A stretch of DNA of 63,889 bases, counting the filler, from Octopus bimaculoides (lineage: Eukaryota), in the NCBI RefSeq assembly GCF_001194135.2. It is 5 parts of 4 records of this genome, joined end to end, with 100 filler letters (N's around TTAATTAATTAA, not from the genome) between each part and the next. Parts side by side here need not be neighbours in the genome. Positions count along the whole stretch, not along the records: positions 26,131 to 50,783 come from NC_068981.1; positions 50,884 to 58,104 come from NC_068981.1; 3 more parts are not named here. One strand, written 5' to 3'. Below, one piece after another: positions 41,173 to 52,261 of the stretch. Positions within the stretch are counted from its first letter, which is position 1; every line of letters begins with the position of its first letter. The notes beneath the pieces were generated by a model. It searched no databases. It was not told where the DNA came from and saw only the letters and a list, made by a program, of their open reading frames with translations. The translations under genes and the position numbers were made by a program.

Positions 41173-41700
41173 NNNNNNNNNNNNNNNNNNNNNNNNNNNN
41201 NNNNNNNNNNNNNNNNNNNNNNNNNNNNNNNNNNNNNNNNNNNNNNNNNNNNNNNNNNNNNNNNNNNNNNNNNNNNNNNNNNNNNNNNNNNNNNNNNNNN
41301 NNNNNNNNNNNNNNNNNNNNNNNNNNNNNNNNNNNNNNNNNNNNNNNNNNNNNNNNNNNNNNNNNNNNNNNNNNNNNNNNNNNNNNNNNNNNNNNNNNNN
41401 NNNNNNNNNNNNNNNNNNNNNNNNNNNNNNNNNNNNNNNNNNNNNNNNNNNNNNNNNNNNNNNNNNNNNNNNNNNNNNNNNNNNNNNNNNNNNNNNNNNN
41501 NNNNNNNNNNNNNNNNNNNNNNNNNNNNNNNNNNNNNNNNNNNNNNNNNNNNNNNNNNNNNNNNNNNNNNNNNNNNNNNNNNNNNNNNNNNNNNNNNNNN
41601 NNNNNNNNNNNNNNNNNNNNNNNNNNNNNNNNNNNNNNNNNNNNNNNNNNNNNNNNNNNNNNNNNNNNNNNNNNNNNNNNNNNNNNNNNNNNNNNNNNNN

Positions 41701-41744
<44 letters not shown>

Positions 41745-42252
41745 TGCATATATGTATGTATGTTTGAATATATGTGTGTATGTATGGATCTATGCATACG
41801 TGTATGAACAAACCTCAACTTCAGTTTCTTATTTTAAAGCAGCTTTAGAATTACCAAAATATTATGGACACCCATAATATAAAAAGTAGAAACGAATTTC
41901 TAAAATTCCCTTTGACTGGAATGTTGAGTTTCGACTGACGGTATCTTCAGCTAATGTCGCTTTTAATAAACCGCCAGATTATGATTAAACTCTCAGCTAA
42001 TATCTGTGCGTGCGTGTGTATGTGTTGCATCAATAGTGCATTGGCAAGTCACTTGATCATATAACTAGAATACTCATCACCTAAACCGACCGAGGATTCT
42101 TTTTATCTCTTTGTTTATTTTTTGTTTATTTTTTGTTTATTTATAAACTAATATCCATTCATATACAAATCAACACGAACGCACGCAAACACAAATATAC
42201 ATAGATATACTGACATCTATATATATATATGTATATATATATATATGTAATC

Positions 42253-42642
42253 TTTTTTACTCTTTTTCTTGTTTCAGTCATTTTGACTGCGGCCATGCTG
42301 TAGCACCGCCTTTAATCGAGCAAATCGAGCCCAGGACTTATTATTTGTAAGCCTAGTACTTATTCTATCGGTCTCTTTTTGCCGAACCACTAGGTTACGG
42401 CGGCATAAACACACCAGCATCGGTTGCCAAGTGATGTTGGGACACACACACACACACAAGCACACACACATGCAAATATATATATGGGATTCTTTTAGTT
42501 TCCGTCAACCAAATCCACTCACAAGACTTTGGTCGGCCCGAGGCTATAGTAGAAGACACTTGCCCAAGGTGCCACGCAGTGGGACTGAACCTGGAACCAT
42601 GTTGTTGGTAAGCAAGCTACTTACCACACAGCCATTCCTGCG

Positions 42643-42644
<2 letters not shown>
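42253..42644 (-). mobile_element. SINE family A, full length
   Basis: Complete head, core, internal (CA)n/(TA)n and tail. Confidence 0.92.
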
Positions 42645-42676
<32 letters not shown>

Positions 42677-43025
42677 NNNNNNNNNNNNNNNNNNNNNNNN
42701 NNNNNNNNNNNNNNNNNNNNNNNNNNNNNNNNNNNNNNNNNNNNNNNNNNNNNNNNNNNNNNNNNNNNNNNNNNNNNNNNNNNNNNNNNNNNNNNNNNNN
42801 NNNNNNATATATAACGTGTGTGTATGTCTATATGTGTGTGTGTATGTGTGTGTGTATGTGTGCATACATATAAAAATTCAAGAGTTGTTTACAATGTTTA
42901 CTATAAAATTAGAAAGTTTAAAAAGTACTAGAGCTAAATGAAAAATCCTGAAGTTTGTTGAGAAACAAGAAAGTTTCTCTCTTTCTCTCTCTCTCTCACT
43001 TTCTCTCTCTCTCTCTCACTTTCTC

Positions 43026-43106
<81 letters not shown>

Positions 43107-43439
43107 TTCTCCTCCACGTGTGGTTTGTTGTTAACATAGCTAGAATACCAGAAATTTTAGGAGAGGATTTGACAACCACACCAAAGTACAATATGTATAG
43201 TAATCATAGATGCTATTGGTTGACCTCAGGTCAGCAATGACACAACAATTATGATAAAAGCTAATTCAACCGCGACCCTCTCGTCAGCCTTCTTCAAATC
43301 ACATCTTGCTGTAGTTGTTTTTACTCTGCTTGTTACCAAATTCCAGCAGCCCTCAATCAGGTTTCGTGCTAATCTGAAAGGTGCCCTGACTAGATTTGAA
43401 AGCTGATCTTCATTTAATCTGATAACAGGTCCTAGCTGT

Positions 43440-43840
43440 ATATGTCATGTAGCCCCTATTTCAATTGATAAATAGTGCAGGACAAATGAATAATACTGGC
43501 CCCATTTTAAATGGTAACAAGCCCAAGATAGACTTGAAATATAGGCCCCATCTCAAACAGCAATAATCCCTGGCTACTTGGGAAAATTAATCCACATGTC
43601 GTTTAGAACGAAGCTGAGTCCAGATGTTAAATATAATTCATGTTTTAGTCAGTAATTAATTCAGACTAGATGCGATACGAAGTTTTCCATTTGAAATGGC
43701 AAGGAATCCAGACCAGATGTGAAATATAGGCCACATTTCAACTGGTAATATGCCTGGGCCGGATGTGAAATGTAAACTTATTCAAATGGATAATAGGGCC
43801 AGGTCACGTATGAAATGTAAGCTTCATTTAAAACTACACT
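43440..43840. repeat. Degenerate ~46-47 bp minisatellite
   Basis: Recurring AAATATAGGCCCCATTTCAAA...CCAGATGTG-like units, e.g. at 43537 and 43722. Confidence 0.6.
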
Positions 43841-43876
43841 TTAAGTATTTTACTAATCATAATAGTTACTTGTCAG

Positions 43877-43972
<96 letters not shown>

Positions 43973-44111
43973 GACGGCACCAAAGGAAAGTAATATTATC
44001 GTTAAAAGGCGCGAAATTGCCGCGATCGTTTGGATAATTGACAAGGATTTAAAGATATTTCATGTGTGTATTTTCCCTTTCTTCTGTTTCTTTCTTTCTG
44101 TATTTTTTAAC

Positions 44112-44155
<44 letters not shown>

Positions 44156-44580
44156 GTGCATGACGTACTTATAAGTCACAGAATAGATTAGAAGATTTAT
44201 ACAAATAAAAAACATTCTTCTGTACAGAAAACTTTATCGTTTTCGCCCCGATTTCTCATGGTTTTACGATTTCGAGAATCCTTGAGAGTATGGAATGGGA
44301 TACCCTCAAAATCGTAAGACCATGCTACAAGTTCCTTTCATACTCTTCCTGGCCCTTGGAGCGAAGTTTCTAAGACGTTGCAGTGGCAACAATCCATTCT
44401 ACTTCCTTTCCTTTTCAAATTTGGGCACAATGTATGTAGGACTATATTATTCAATGTAACCTTCTTTTGTTTCTTTTTCTTTTTCACATGGTTGAGTGTG
44501 ATCACCTTAGTATGCTGGCTGTGGACGGCTGACACTTTCCATCATGCCCAGCAAAATAAGCAATAATAATAATAATATTA

Positions 44581-45180
44581 AATGTCCTGATGCAGTACCA
44601 GGGTGTCTTGATGCAGAACCAGGCAGTGGCTCTCATGGCTTCTGATCATAACTGATCGGAAGTGTTATCATGTACATTGATTTGTCTTGGTATAAAAGAT
44701 GGGCTACAGCAAATATTCTGCTTAGTACTACAGATTTGCTTGTCAGGTGTTTGACCTTAACTAGTTGAGCATGTCCGTTAGTGGCTGACGATATGCGCAT
44801 CGCTCATCACGAGAAGAAGTAGCGGGAGAGCATCATAGTCATGTGCTAAGAGGAATTCTTTGGGGTTTGGATAATTCACCTTTGGAAACATGGGTGTTTC
44901 TTTCAACATCCTTAAACAACCCTTATTCAGGTACCTTTTGAGTGGGATGGGCTACTCGACCTGAAGAAAATTCTAACTGGGCCCCACCTGTAAGGTCATG
45001 CGCTGTTTATCTTGATATGAGATTACCATGTCTTGATATGAGATCATTATATGGTTGTGAGGCCTGTGCCTGGCGTACTCTTATCAGGCGGGTAGTCATG
45101 ATGGGTATACTGGGTTTTGTATATTTTACCCCAGTGTCACTTTGATGGCATGCACTGCTCTCTCACTTAATAATAATAAT
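44581..45180 (+). mobile_element. ~590-bp non-coding TAA-tailed retroelement segment, copy 1
   Basis: Flanked by (AAT)n on both sides. Collinear with 45933-46394. Confidence 0.8.
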
Positions 45181-45220
45181 NNNNNNNNNNTACAAATGCA
45201 AAACAAAAGTCAAACATAAC

Positions 45221-45275
<55 letters not shown>

Positions 45276-45277
<2 letters not shown>

Positions 45278-45918
45278 GATCATCAGCTTAGGCTGACTGA
45301 TGAGAACTTGAAACCGGAGACTGAAATGCTAATTACTGCTGTTCAGGAACAAGTAATTAGAACAAATCTGATAAAGGTAATGAGCAACAAAACCGAGGCA
45401 AACAGCAAATATAGAATCTGTAGGAAAGGAAACGAAGGTATCAAACACCTTTTGAGTGAGTGCAGCATACTTGTACAAAAGGAGTATGAATGTAGACATG
45501 AGTGTGTAGAGAAAAGAGTGCACTGGAATGTTAGCCGAATGTGTGGCTTCAAAATAGCAGAAAAGTGATATGAACACATCCCAGAGGCACTGAGAGAAAA
45601 AGAGAATTATAGGTTTTTATAAGACTTCCCAACAAATAATAACCACACTTTTGAAGTAAGAAGACCAGATATGATTACAGAGGACAAAATATACAAACAT
45701 TGCAAGATCATAGATTTTGCAATTTCCTACGATAGAAGAACTGACACCAAAACCATTGAAAAAAAAACGAGAAATATCAGGATCTAAGACAACAATTAAT
45801 CCTGTACTAATTAGTGTACTTGATTGAAAGAGATTGGAATTGAAACTCGCATTGACGACTTTCAAAAAGTGCCATCCTATATTCTGCAAGAATCCAAAGA
45901 AAGATTCCTGGGATTTGA
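45276..45918 (+). mobile_element. R4/Dong-clade non-LTR retrotransposon ORF C-terminus (CCHC-like knuckle plus restriction-like endonuclease), decayed
   Basis: LKPETEMLITAVQEQ...ICRK..E.IKHLLSEC...RH, then RRPD...IIDFA and QKSAILYSARI. In-frame stops (e.g. TGA 45566-45568 at a conserved Trp) and frameshifts. Starts directly after (TAA)n. Confidence 0.85.
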
Positions 45919-45932
45919 AGAGATTTTTTGGT

Positions 45933-46396
45933 ATATTCTGCTTAGTATCACAGATTTGCTTGTCAGTTTACTTGACTTTAACTAGTTGAGCATTTCCCTT
46001 GGTGACTGACGGTATGTGCATCTCTGATCCCGAGCAGAAGGAGTAGGGTTACGGTGTTGAGTGGAATTCTTTAGAGTGTGTTGAGTGGAATTCTTTAGAG
46101 TTTGAATAATTCACCTCTGGAAATATGGGTGTTTTGTTCAACATCCTTAACCAACACTTATTCAGAGACCTTTTGAGTGGGATGGACTACTCAATCTGAA
46201 GAAAATTCTAACTAGGCCCCACTTGCAAAGTCATGCGCTGTTTATCTTGATATGAGATCACCATGTCACGCACATATAGTTGTGATGCATGTGCCTGGTG
46301 TACTCATATCAGACGGGTAGACATGATGGGTATACTGGGCTTCGTATATATGTACTCCAGTCTCAATTTGATGGCATGTACTGCTCTTTCATTCAA

Positions 46397-46446
<50 letters not shown>
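45933..46446 (+). mobile_element. TAA-tailed segment, copy 2 (lacking the first ~140 bp)
   Basis: Collinear with 44715-45167. Ends in (AAT)n at 46395-46446. Confidence 0.8.
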
Positions 46447-46665
46447 GCTTTTGTGAATAACTTCAGGTCGACCAGTTTTCCTTTACCTCTTCCTAGATCA
46501 TACCCCAACTTCTTTTGCCGTAGTATTTCACTCATGGGGATCATTCCCAGCACAAAGGTCAGTGGGGACACACTGTTTCCCTGAAAGATACCTAATTTGA
46601 TTTTCATTTCTCCTAATACTTGATTCCTTGCGCTCAATTCCGTTCTCCAGCATTTCATGCTATTG
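46447..46665 (-). mobile_element. R4/Dong-like reverse transcriptase fragment
   Basis: NSMKCWRTEL...IKLGIFQGNSVSPLTFVLGMIP...DLKLF, corresponding to the QGDSLSP and YMDDLKL RT motifs. Confidence 0.85.
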
Positions 46666-46667
46666 TA

Positions 46668-46907
46668 TATAAGGCTTCTCATATAAGATGAAGATAGTGC
46701 CAATTATTGTTGGGTCCTTGGAAACAGTATCAGAAGGCATCAAGGTTTGTCTCTTCGGTACGGCCAGAATAATGAAGAAAGTATTGGATAGCTGAAAAGT
46801 GATAGAATGGATAGCATGGTACCATAAGCTGCAGGTAGCAAGCCCGCTATGCATGTAAGACTCCAGGGAAAAAACCTGTGATAAAGAAAAATAATAATAG
46901 TAATAAT
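46668..46907 (+). mobile_element. R4/Dong-like extreme C-terminus and 3' UTR with TAA tail
   Basis: VPIIVGSLETVS...KVCLFGTARIMKKVLDS* (stop at 46793-46795), a short UTR, then AATAATAATAGTAATAAT. Confidence 0.8.
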
Positions 46908-47259
46908 TTACATCAGTCACAAAATGTATGATGAGAGATATCGAAGAAAGATAGTTCGACCGAAATGCAGCTTCGAGTCCACCAATAAGGGAAATTTGGT
47001 ATTGACAACAGTGTAGAATTCCTCGTATGATTTATCAAAAAAAAAAAAATTGTTGCATAGTACTTCTTTCTACGATCGTTTACACCATCGAAGATTTTTT
47101 AAGTGCAAAATATTTTACAGCTCAAAACTAACTTAAAAGGCTCAATCAATCAATCTATAAGCTCTTCTTTTGCATTATATGTTGAGTATTAAATTTCGTA
47201 ATAATCTCCTTTCATAGAACAGTTTCTGTTGGAAGATAATACATACATACATACACATT

Positions 47260-47410
47260 CTTTATTTTCTCTCCTTGTTTCTTTCTGTGGAAGAGAGTAG
47301 GCACGAAACGTTAAAGACTTTTTCACTTCCCGAGCATTAAATTAATACATCTGTTTGTTCTCTACACCACCTGTCTCCGTCTTTTGTTTTGTTTGTGAAT
47401 CCTCCCCCTA
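47260..47410 (+). mobile_element. Penelope-like terminal fragment with a decayed minimal hammerhead motif
   Basis: TCTTT-CTGTGGA-A-GAGAGTAGGCAC-GAAA-CGTT-AAAGA. Ends at a TA/CATA microsatellite. Confidence 0.45.
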
Positions 47411-47654
47411 TATACATACATACATACATACATACGTACGTACGTACGTACGTACGTAGTACTCTCAAAATCTGAAAGAAAAAGGCTGATTAGAAGACTA
47501 CAGATACAAGACATCAATGGAACTGTAAAGATATGTAAAACTTTCCAAACATTTAGCACATAAATACATATGCATGCATCTAGACATGAAAATATATACA
47601 TAAAAACGCATCCATAAAACAAATATACAAATCTGCGCATACACTAACACCAAA

Positions 47655-47702
<48 letters not shown>

Positions 47703-47842
47703 GCACAAATACCTAGATGATGTTGATAAAAGTTCCAATGAAGGAGCCTTGAATCTATGTTAGAGTCCGGCTCTTTCTCTATGGACAAGAAATACAGAAA
47801 TGAAACTGATTGATAACATACATACATACATACATACATACA

Positions 47843-48430
47843 TATTATTGCTAAAGCAATCTGCAAGAAAACTGTCCTGAAATAACATTAGAAAATCCCT
47901 CTGTTATGGAATACATTCATAAACATCAACTCAAGGAATACTGGTGGAATATTTCCATCAAAACATCTGTCAAATTTAAGCATAACAGACCGGATGTTGT
48001 TGTTTGGGACAGAGGGTAAAGGTATGTACCATCATAGAGGTCAGCTGCCCTTGCAATTATAAACATATCCGTGAAAATCAAAGAAAAAGAGGATATCTAT
48101 GGACAACTACTTCGAAACCTCCAGCTTCTATATCCAGACTATGAATTCATATTCGCACCAATAATAATTGGAGCACTAGGTTTTGTTAGTAAATGCTTAA
48201 AGGAGAATCTGGATAAACTGGGATTTTCAGAAAGAGAAATCGAACGGCTAATTTGTACATTTCAAGTGCAATTTGTGAGTGGAACAGTAAAAATATGCAA
48301 GACTTGTCTCAAATTCCAAATGTGAATTTGTCTGTGTTAACTACATCCCAAAGATGGTGCCTTGTATCTTTGTTGGAAACCATCTCCCTCCTCAGTAGAA
48401 GATTTATAATAATTAAAACATAGAAGCGAC
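47843..48430 (+). mobile_element. Second RLE-type non-LTR family: ORF C-terminus and 3' UTR, between (CATA)n tracts
   Basis: EYWWNISIKTSVKFKHNRPDVVVWDR...IIEVSCP...KIKEKEDIYGQL...PIIIGALGFV...TVKICKTCLKFQM* (stop at 48323-48325). Confidence 0.85.
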
Positions 48431-48879
48431 ATACATACATACATATATATACAGATATTTACAAATGCAAGCTCTATCGTAGAAGGTTCCTGCTTTTGTG
48501 GTTTTAACAAGTTTATATAACTTCCCAAGAGTAAATTGCATTGCTTTTTCCACCTTTGCCTGATGAAATGAAAGTGAATCATATATATGTTGTAATATTA
48601 CCCATTCATTTATATCGACGTGATAAAGGAAGATTTCCAGTAGAGCTGGTATGGGACCGTCAATAACGGGGAACATTGATGGACCTGCTCGGCTCTACGC
48701 ACGATGACGCTTCTGGGACAGCAACCTGGGAGGACCCCAGGCCCATTATGCAATAACATAAGTAAGCATGCAACAAGTATTTTATATTCACGTATACCAC
48801 GTATTGTTGAAGCGATCGTAATAAAGAAATGAAGGTAATGCCGTAACCTCCGTTCTTGGGCATGCTATATATACACACA

Positions 48880-48941
<62 letters not shown>

Positions 48942-49300
48942 TGCGTGCGTGTGTGTGAATGTGTACTTATTGGATTATCTGGGAATGCAAGTTCTGTAAC
49001 TTTTGGCAGTGATCCAAATAGACGTGTTATACTGATATTTTTTTTAAAAAAAGCCATTTCATAAAAGGAGTCTAAACGCTAGATATTTTTACACTCAGAT
49101 AATCAATTTATGATTTTAAAAATGTTTTTATTATTGGAAGAAAAAATGGCAAGAGGAAAAAAAAACGAAGAAATAAAAGAAAACTTAAATAGGAGAGATA
49201 TTATGAAGAAACGGAAGAAAAATAGATAATGGGGAAGAGTAGCAGTTGAATGCGAGCAAAAGTATAAAAAAGAAAACATCAATCAACACCAACATAAGCA

Positions 49301-49501
49301 TACTCTTTTATTTCTTTCAGTCATTTGACTGCGGCCATGCTGGAGCACCGCCTTTAGTCGAGCAAATCGACCACAGGACTTATTCTTTGTAAGCCTAGTA
49401 CTTATTCTATTGGTCTCTTTTGCCGAACCGCTAAGTTACGGGGACGTAAACACACCAGCGTCGGTTGTTAAGCGATGTTGGGGGACAAACACAGACACAA
49501 A

Positions 49502-49538
<37 letters not shown>

Positions 49539-49717
49539 TATATATATATACATATATACGACAGGCTTCTTTCAGTTTCCGTCTACGAAATCCACTCACA
49601 AGGCTTTGGTCGGCCCGAGGTTATAGTAGAAGACACTTGCCCAAGGTGCCACGCATTGGGACTGAACCTGGAACCATGTGGTTGGTAAGCAAGCTACTTA
49701 CCACACAGCCACTCCTA
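49301..49717 (-). mobile_element. SINE family A, full length, young
   Basis: Complete, and nearly identical to 42253-42644 outside the microsatellite. Confidence 0.92.
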
Positions 49718-49877
49718 CACATACATAAGATGCATTCATGCATACATACATATACATCATCATCATCATAATCAACAACAACAACAACAACAACAACCAC
49801 AAGAATAACATTTTCATCATTTGTGTGGTGTATAGAAAAAAAGGGCCCATTGCAACCTCAATTTTCGATGAAATTTA

Positions 49878-50046
49878 CCGCATTAACTCGAGTATAAGTC
49901 GCAATATTTTATGCTTCATTTGAAATGAAAAACTAGGGTTTGGCAAAGCTAATTCTATAAAAAAAAAAAAAAATTGCATTAACATTTAACGTTAAATTAG
50001 GAATGCGATTTATACACAAGAGTGATTTATACACAAGCAAATACGA
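49878..50046. mobile_element. pogo/Tigger-type MITE
   Basis: TA|CCGCATTAACTCGAGTATAAGTCGC ... GTGATTTATACACAAGCAAATACGA|TA imperfect TIRs, with a duplicated subterminal GATTTATACACAAG. Confidence 0.65.
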
Positions 50047-50412
50047 TATGCAATGAAGTTATATCCCCTTACAGCTATGACCACGTTTTGTTTCTTAAGA
50101 GAATGATGAAATAAATGCCATAGAAAATACCAAGATCGATGTATTCAACTCTAAACAAAATAATAAAAGATCTCTCGTGTGGATAGTTCCGAGATTCTCT
50201 GTATTCAAAGCACACGACATACCACGAGTTTGGATTCGAAACTGGGTCTATGTTTCTAAACTAATTTAATAAAGCTTGTATCCACTTGGTCGCTAATACT
50301 TGTACGTTAACTTTGTTGTTTTAATGATTTTTTTGTTTTTGGTTTTGATTTTGTTCTTCTTTACGATAACAGAACACTTTTAAACTGTCATGTCACATCA
50401 AGAAAGAACAGA

Positions 50413-50464
<52 letters not shown>

Positions 50465-50539
50465 NNNNNNNNNNNNNNNNNNNNNNNNNNNNNNNNNNNN
50501 NNNNNNNNNNNNNNNNNNNNNNNNNNNNNNNNNNNNNNN

Positions 50540-50593
<54 letters not shown>

Positions 50594-50733
50594 AACACAT
50601 ACAGAGAATAACATATACATATACATATAGATATGGAGCCTAACACACATACACACATATATGTGCGTGTATGTGTGCATGTATATGTGTGTGTATGTAT
50701 AAATATATATGTATATATATATATATCTAGATG

Positions 50734-50764
<31 letters not shown>

Positions 50765-50883
50765 GTATATGTATATATATATANNNNNNNNNNNNNNNNN
50801 NNNNNNNNNNNNNNNNNNNNNNNNNNNTTAATTAATTAANNNNNNNNNNNNNNNNNNNNNNNNNNNNNNNNNNNNNNNNNNNN

Positions 50884-51367
50884 ACCAGTTATGCATTGAG
50901 GTCGATTTACCCCCTTCCCCGAAACTGTTGACATTGTGCCGAAATTTGAAATCATTATTCGACTGTGCTAAGGCGGCGAGCTGGCAGAATCGTTAGCAAT
51001 CCGGACGAAATGCTTAACGGTTTTTCTCCCGTCGCTACGTTCTGAGTTCAAATTCCGCCGAGGTCGACTTTGCCTTTCATCCTTTCAGGGTCGATAAATT
51101 AAGTACCAGCTGAGTACTGGGATCGATGTGATTGACTGTTCCCCTCCCCACAAAATCCAGACCGTGTACCTATAGTAGTAAGGATTATTTGACTGTTCTG
51201 AAAGCGGTAAGCTAGTGGAATCGATAATCAAATTTCGCCGGGGTCAATTCTGTCTGTCAGGGTCGATAAAATATAGTACCAATCAAATACTGGGGTCGGT
51301 GTAAGAAGCTAACTAACTCCCTCTCCGTAAAATTGTTGGCCTTGTGCCAAAATTAGAAGTTATTATT
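50884..51367 (+). mobile_element. Three tandem SINE family B copies (the best is 50970-51190)
   Basis: GGCGAGCTGGCAGAATCGTTAG head, GAGTTCAAATTCC B-box, GAGGTCGACTTTGCCTTTCATCCTTTCAGGGTCGATAAATTAAGTACCAG body, ATTATT tails. Confidence 0.85.
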
Positions 51368-51624
51368 TCATTGCTTCCTCCTACAAAATCTCCGGCCTGA
51401 GAATACGTTACAACTCTACAACTCTTTTTATTACAGTCTGAGTTCAAGTGTTACCTAGTTCTGTGTCATGTATACTTACATACTCTTTTCAAGCTAGCAT
51501 TTTGCACAACATTTTCTATGTGGTGATACTCTCTGTATCAATTCTACTCAGATAGTACTTCCTACTTTCACCAACATGGTGTATACCTTTAGTCACCAAC
51601 TTAGTATTCATAACTCGATCACAT

Positions 51625-51820
51625 ATTAGTTTCATTTTTTGGTACAAAGTCAGCTGATTTCGTCAACCCCAGTGCTCAACTGGTACTCATTTTACCGACC
51701 CAAAAAGATTAAAAGACAAAAATCGACTTCGACGAAATTTGATCTCAGAACATGAAGACCGACGAAATACCGCTAAGGATTTTGCCCCGGGGGTGCTAAC
51801 GATTCTGTCAACTTGCATCC
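51625..51820 (-). mobile_element. SINE family B
   Basis: Reverse complement of the family B head and body. Confidence 0.75.
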
Positions 51821-52156
51821 CTAACTTGGTCATCTATTGATGACAATGATGCATCAGGTTTTCTCTTCTTTCTCCTCTCTCTTTCTCTCTTTCCCTCCCA
51901 CTCTCTCTTTCTCTCTCCCCCCTCTCTCTCTAGATAACTGCAGTTAAGTCAATCCGAAGGTATTTCGGTCTTTATCTTATATATTTGGACAATGAAGTTG
52001 TCCTAGATATGCAATAATGGCGAAATGGTCATGGTTGAAACTCTTTTGATCGTATGTCAGTTCGTTCAGAGTTTACATGACAACAGCAAATGAGCATGAA
52101 ACGGCTACACAAAGAAACAACAAAGTAAGTAAAAAAATCGCCACACATTAATAAGA

Positions 52157-52228
52157 GGTTCTATGGTGTAATGGTTAGCACTCTGGACTTTGAATCCAGC
52201 GATCCGAGTTCAAGTCTCGGTAGAACCT
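52157..52228 (+). tRNA. tRNA-Gln, anticodon TTG
   Basis: 72 nt. Perfect acceptor stem GGTTCTA/TAGAACC, A-box TGGTGTAATGG, anticodon stem CTGGA/TCCAG with TTG at 52190-52192, T-arm GGTTC-type CCGAGTTCAAGTCTCGG. Confidence 0.97.
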
Positions 52229-52238
52229 AAAAGGTTAC

Positions 52239-52247
52239 TTTTTTTTT
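52239..52247 (+). terminator. RNA polymerase III oligo-T terminator
   Basis: T9 run starting 11 nt after the tRNA-Gln 3' end. Confidence 0.8.
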
Positions 52248-52261
52248 CTTTTCACTTTTTA

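Noticed and set aside
45297-45320. CTGATGAG...GAAAC hammerhead-like string
   Set aside because: There is no stem II or stem I pairing, and it lies in retrotransposon coding sequence (TDENLKP).
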